NCBI GenBank assembly: GCA_015233405.1
Contig: JADFXT010000007.1
Coordinates: 390-64,389 of the forward strand
DNA length: 64,000 nt
Direction of reading: 5' to 3'
DNA from: Candidatus Omnitrophota bacterium
Lineage (GTDB): Bacteria > Omnitrophota > Gorgyraeia > Zapsychrales > Zapsychraceae
Each line of letters begins with the position of its first letter. Position 1 is the first letter of the stretch. Below, piece by piece: positions 62,184 to 64,000 of the stretch. Below the pieces are notes generated by a model. That model was not told the DNA's origin and made no database searches. It worked only from the letters and a program-made list of their open reading frames with translations. A program made the position numbers and the translations under genes.

Positions 62184-62260
62184 GTCATCCCTGAATGAAT
62201 TAGTCGGGGAACCACGGTTTTAAAAAAGTTGCTGGATTCCCGCCTTCGCGGGAATGACAG
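62184..62260. repeat. GC-rich REP-like hairpins downstream of giant gene 2
   Basis: A degenerate unit GTCATCCCTGA...TCGGGGAACC, then a perfect unit ATTCCCGC-CTTC-GCGGGAAT (62236-62255) followed by GACAG. Confidence 0.65.
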
Positions 62261-62337
62261 AGAAACGGTGTGAGAATGACAATCTTAGTTACGGCGATAT
62301 TCCTTGCCAATCCTTCTTTTTTTCTTATGATAAAGGG

Positions 62338-63279
62338 ATGAATTCACTTCCTCCATTATTCATCCAAAGACTCGAAAAGATTATCCCTGCGGAAAAATTT
62401 TCATCCGTGTTAGAAAGATTTTCCGCCAAGAAGCCGCTGACTATCCGCGTCAATACGCTGAAAGCCAGTGTCGACGATGTTTTGGGGTGTTTTGATGGCT
62501 TCGGTCTTAAATATCGGCAGGTTTCCTGGTATCCCGAAGCATTGATACTAGAGGACATTGTGCCAGAGCAGTTAGCGGCAACGGCGTTACTTGAACAGGG
62601 TAAAATTTATATTCAAAATCTCGCCAGCATGCTGGTGCCGGTTATTCTGGCGCCTCAACCCGGCGATCTGGTCTTGGACTTGTGCGCGGCGCCGGGAAGT
62701 AAAACAACGCAGATGGCAGACATGATGGAGAACAAAGGCAAAATCGTTTGCGTCGAGAATATTCGCGGGCGTTTTTATAAATTAAAGTCTGTTATTGCGC
62801 TTTTGGGCGCCGGTGAAGTTTGCGAGCCGTGTTGTGTCGACGGGCGAAGATTCCGTAGCTCATCCGGCGAATTGTTTGACAAAATCCTGGTCGACGCGCC
62901 GTGCAGTTCCGAAGGACGGTTCCAGCTTGCCGATAAGAAAACCTTGGCCTTTTGGAGTTTGCGGAAAATTAAAGAGATGCAGAAAAAACAAAAGGGATTA
63001 TTACTCAGCGCCAGCCGGTTCTTAAAGCCGGGCGGAACGCTTGTGTATTCAACCTGCACGTTCGCGCCGGAGGAAAATGAGTCGGTCGTGGATTGGCTGT
63101 TACGAAAGACAGATGGCGTGCTTAAAGTTGTTCCCTGGGACATGGAGGGTGTGTCACGTTATCCGGCGATACAAAGTTGGAATGAAAAAGTTTTTCATCC
63201 GCAGGTGCAAGATTGCGGGAGGGTCCTTCCCGACGGGAATATGGACGGTTTCTTTATCACAAAGCTCCGAAAGGAATGA
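62338..63279 (+). CDS. RsmB/RsmF/NOP2-family RNA (cytosine-C5)-methyltransferase
   Basis: Motifs DLCAAPGSKTTQ (SAM binding), DAPCSSEG (catalytic Cys) and LVYSTCTF (second Cys). The start was moved to the ATG at 62338 because the track's 62254 start lies inside the REP hairpin. Confidence 0.8.
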   Translation: MNSLPPLFIQRLEKIIPAEKFSSVLERFSAKKPLTIRVNTLKASVDDVLGCFDGFGLKYRQVSWYPEALILEDIVPEQLAATALLEQGKIYIQNLASMLVPVILAPQPGDLVLDLCAAPGSKTTQMADMMENKGKIVCVENIRGRFYKLKSVIALLGAGEVCEPCCVDGRRFRSSSGELFDKILVDAPCSSEGRFQLADKKTLAFWSLRKIKEMQKKQKGLLLSASRFLKPGGTLVYSTCTFAPEENESVVDWLLRKTDGVLKVVPWDMEGVSRYPAIQSWNEKVFHPQVQDCGRVLPDGNMDGFFITKLRKE

Positions 63280-64000
63280 TGATGATCTTTTTGGTCGCGA
63301 TTGTTTTGCTCATTATTTTCTCACTCGATATTAAATTTTTAAAAAAACAGGATTTGGCTCTTTTTAAAACTGTCTTTCAATTTTCTCGCGGGTTTATGGC
63401 GGCGATGTTGATCGTTTTGTCTTTCATCGGCGTTTATTCCTATGATGATAAGGAGACGGTAATTCTTTGCGTCGTAGGATTTTTATTGCCGTTTTATCTT
63501 CTTCGTCGGGAGCGTTTTGTTCGACAATTCAATGCGTCTGGGGTTTCCGTTCCCCAAAAGCTTCTTTGGGCCTCGGATGCCTTGGGTGTTGTGATTCATT
63601 GGTTCTTTGTCTTCGCAATCCTGGATGTATTGTCTGAAAATCTTTTTTCTTTGGTTTCATTTCCCGACGCAGAATTGGTCAGCCTGATGCTTTTAGCGGT
63701 TTTGTCGTTTGGCACTCTTATCGTTTTTATTGCCCAAGCCTCGCGGAAATTTTCTCCAGAAGATTTTTGGGCGCGCCTGGGATTTTTAAAACAGAAAAAG
63801 GATTTTATCAAGGTTTTGCTGATCCCCGCTCTTTTAGGATTATTTTTTGCCTATGTCTCGGTCGCGGTTGTTTTGACAAGGGCGGTGCAGCCTCCAACGC
63901 CGCTAGGGGACCTTTTGGATAAAACGCAATCGCCTCTTGCGATGGCGTTATTTATTTTTTTGGCGATTATCGTGGCTCCGCTGGTCGAGGAGATCATCTT
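63276..64000 (+). CDS. CPBP (CAAX) family intramembrane metalloprotease, 3' end cut by the window edge
   Basis: The frame is open from ATGATGATG (63276, overlapping the upstream stop) to the window end; it is absent from the ORF track because no stop is reached. It has multiple TM helices and ends in APLVEEII, the start of CPBP motif 1 (EExxxR). Confidence 0.6.
   Translation, partial: MMMIFLVAIVLLIIFSLDIKFLKKQDLALFKTVFQFSRGFMAAMLIVLSFIGVYSYDDKETVILCVVGFLLPFYLLRRERFVRQFNASGVSVPQKLLWASDALGVVIHWFFVFAILDVLSENLFSLVSFPDAELVSLMLLAVLSFGTLIVFIAQASRKFSPEDFWARLGFLKQKKDFIKVLLIPALLGLFFAYVSVAVVLTRAVQPPTPLGDLLDKTQSPLAMALFIFLAIIVAPLVEEII

Overview
Dense, moderately AT-rich bacterial window from a diderm organism (secretin, beta-barrel OMPs, a MipA-like protein, a T2SS). 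It probably comes from an uncultivated lineage; that attribution is inference only. I found no rRNA, tRNA or CRISPR array.

Layout, left to right:
- 1-9.0 kb: housekeeping and accessory genes (acyltransferase-3/SGNH, PilZ, LOG/PpnN-like), then a 1,296-aa signal-peptide protein that is the first member of a three-gene 'bracket' family, then an Flp-like pilin.
- 9.2-19.8 kb: a split SpvB/RHS (Tc-BC-like) polymorphic toxin locus. An inverted-repeat-bracketed four-helix-bundle (23S IVS protein family) gene and a tail-collar gene sit between the two halves. The locus ends in a glycine-zipper C-terminal toxin and an overlapping lipoprotein immunity candidate.
- 19.8-21.5 kb: REP hairpin plus RAYT remnant, an OMP and an ORF6N protein.
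- 21.7-31.6 kb: an 11-gene T2SS-like operon (gspE-F-G, four minor pseudopilins, L/M/C-like genes, secretin). The ATPase carries an MshEN-type c-di-GMP-binding motif.
- 31.8-38.3 kb: housekeeping genes (GIY-YIG, HAMP histidine kinase, RidA, SpeH, YjbQ, IMPase, MipA, PIN-PhoH).
- 38.8-62.1 kb: two adjacent giant paralogous genes (3,535 and about 3,974 codons).
- 62.3-64.0 kb: an RsmB/F-like methyltransferase and a truncated CPBP protease.

The giant-gene locus is the most interesting part. Each giant gene is preceded by a duplicated leader holding a GEMM-I (c-di-GMP-I) riboswitch-like aptamer, an intrinsic terminator and GC-rich REP-like hairpins. Each encodes a signal peptide, a conserved N-terminal domain of about 390 aa, 6 or 12 tandem copies of an uncharacterised ~285-300-aa module with a phosphoribosyltransferase-like hhhhDDahYSGxQ loop, and a conserved C-terminal domain of about 70 aa. 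A D-x-A-M-x-T motif marks every domain boundary.

Two unrelated families of palindromic elements (AT-rich TTCGAAAT-type and GC-rich REP-type) are scattered through the window, including in-frame inside the conserved N-domain.
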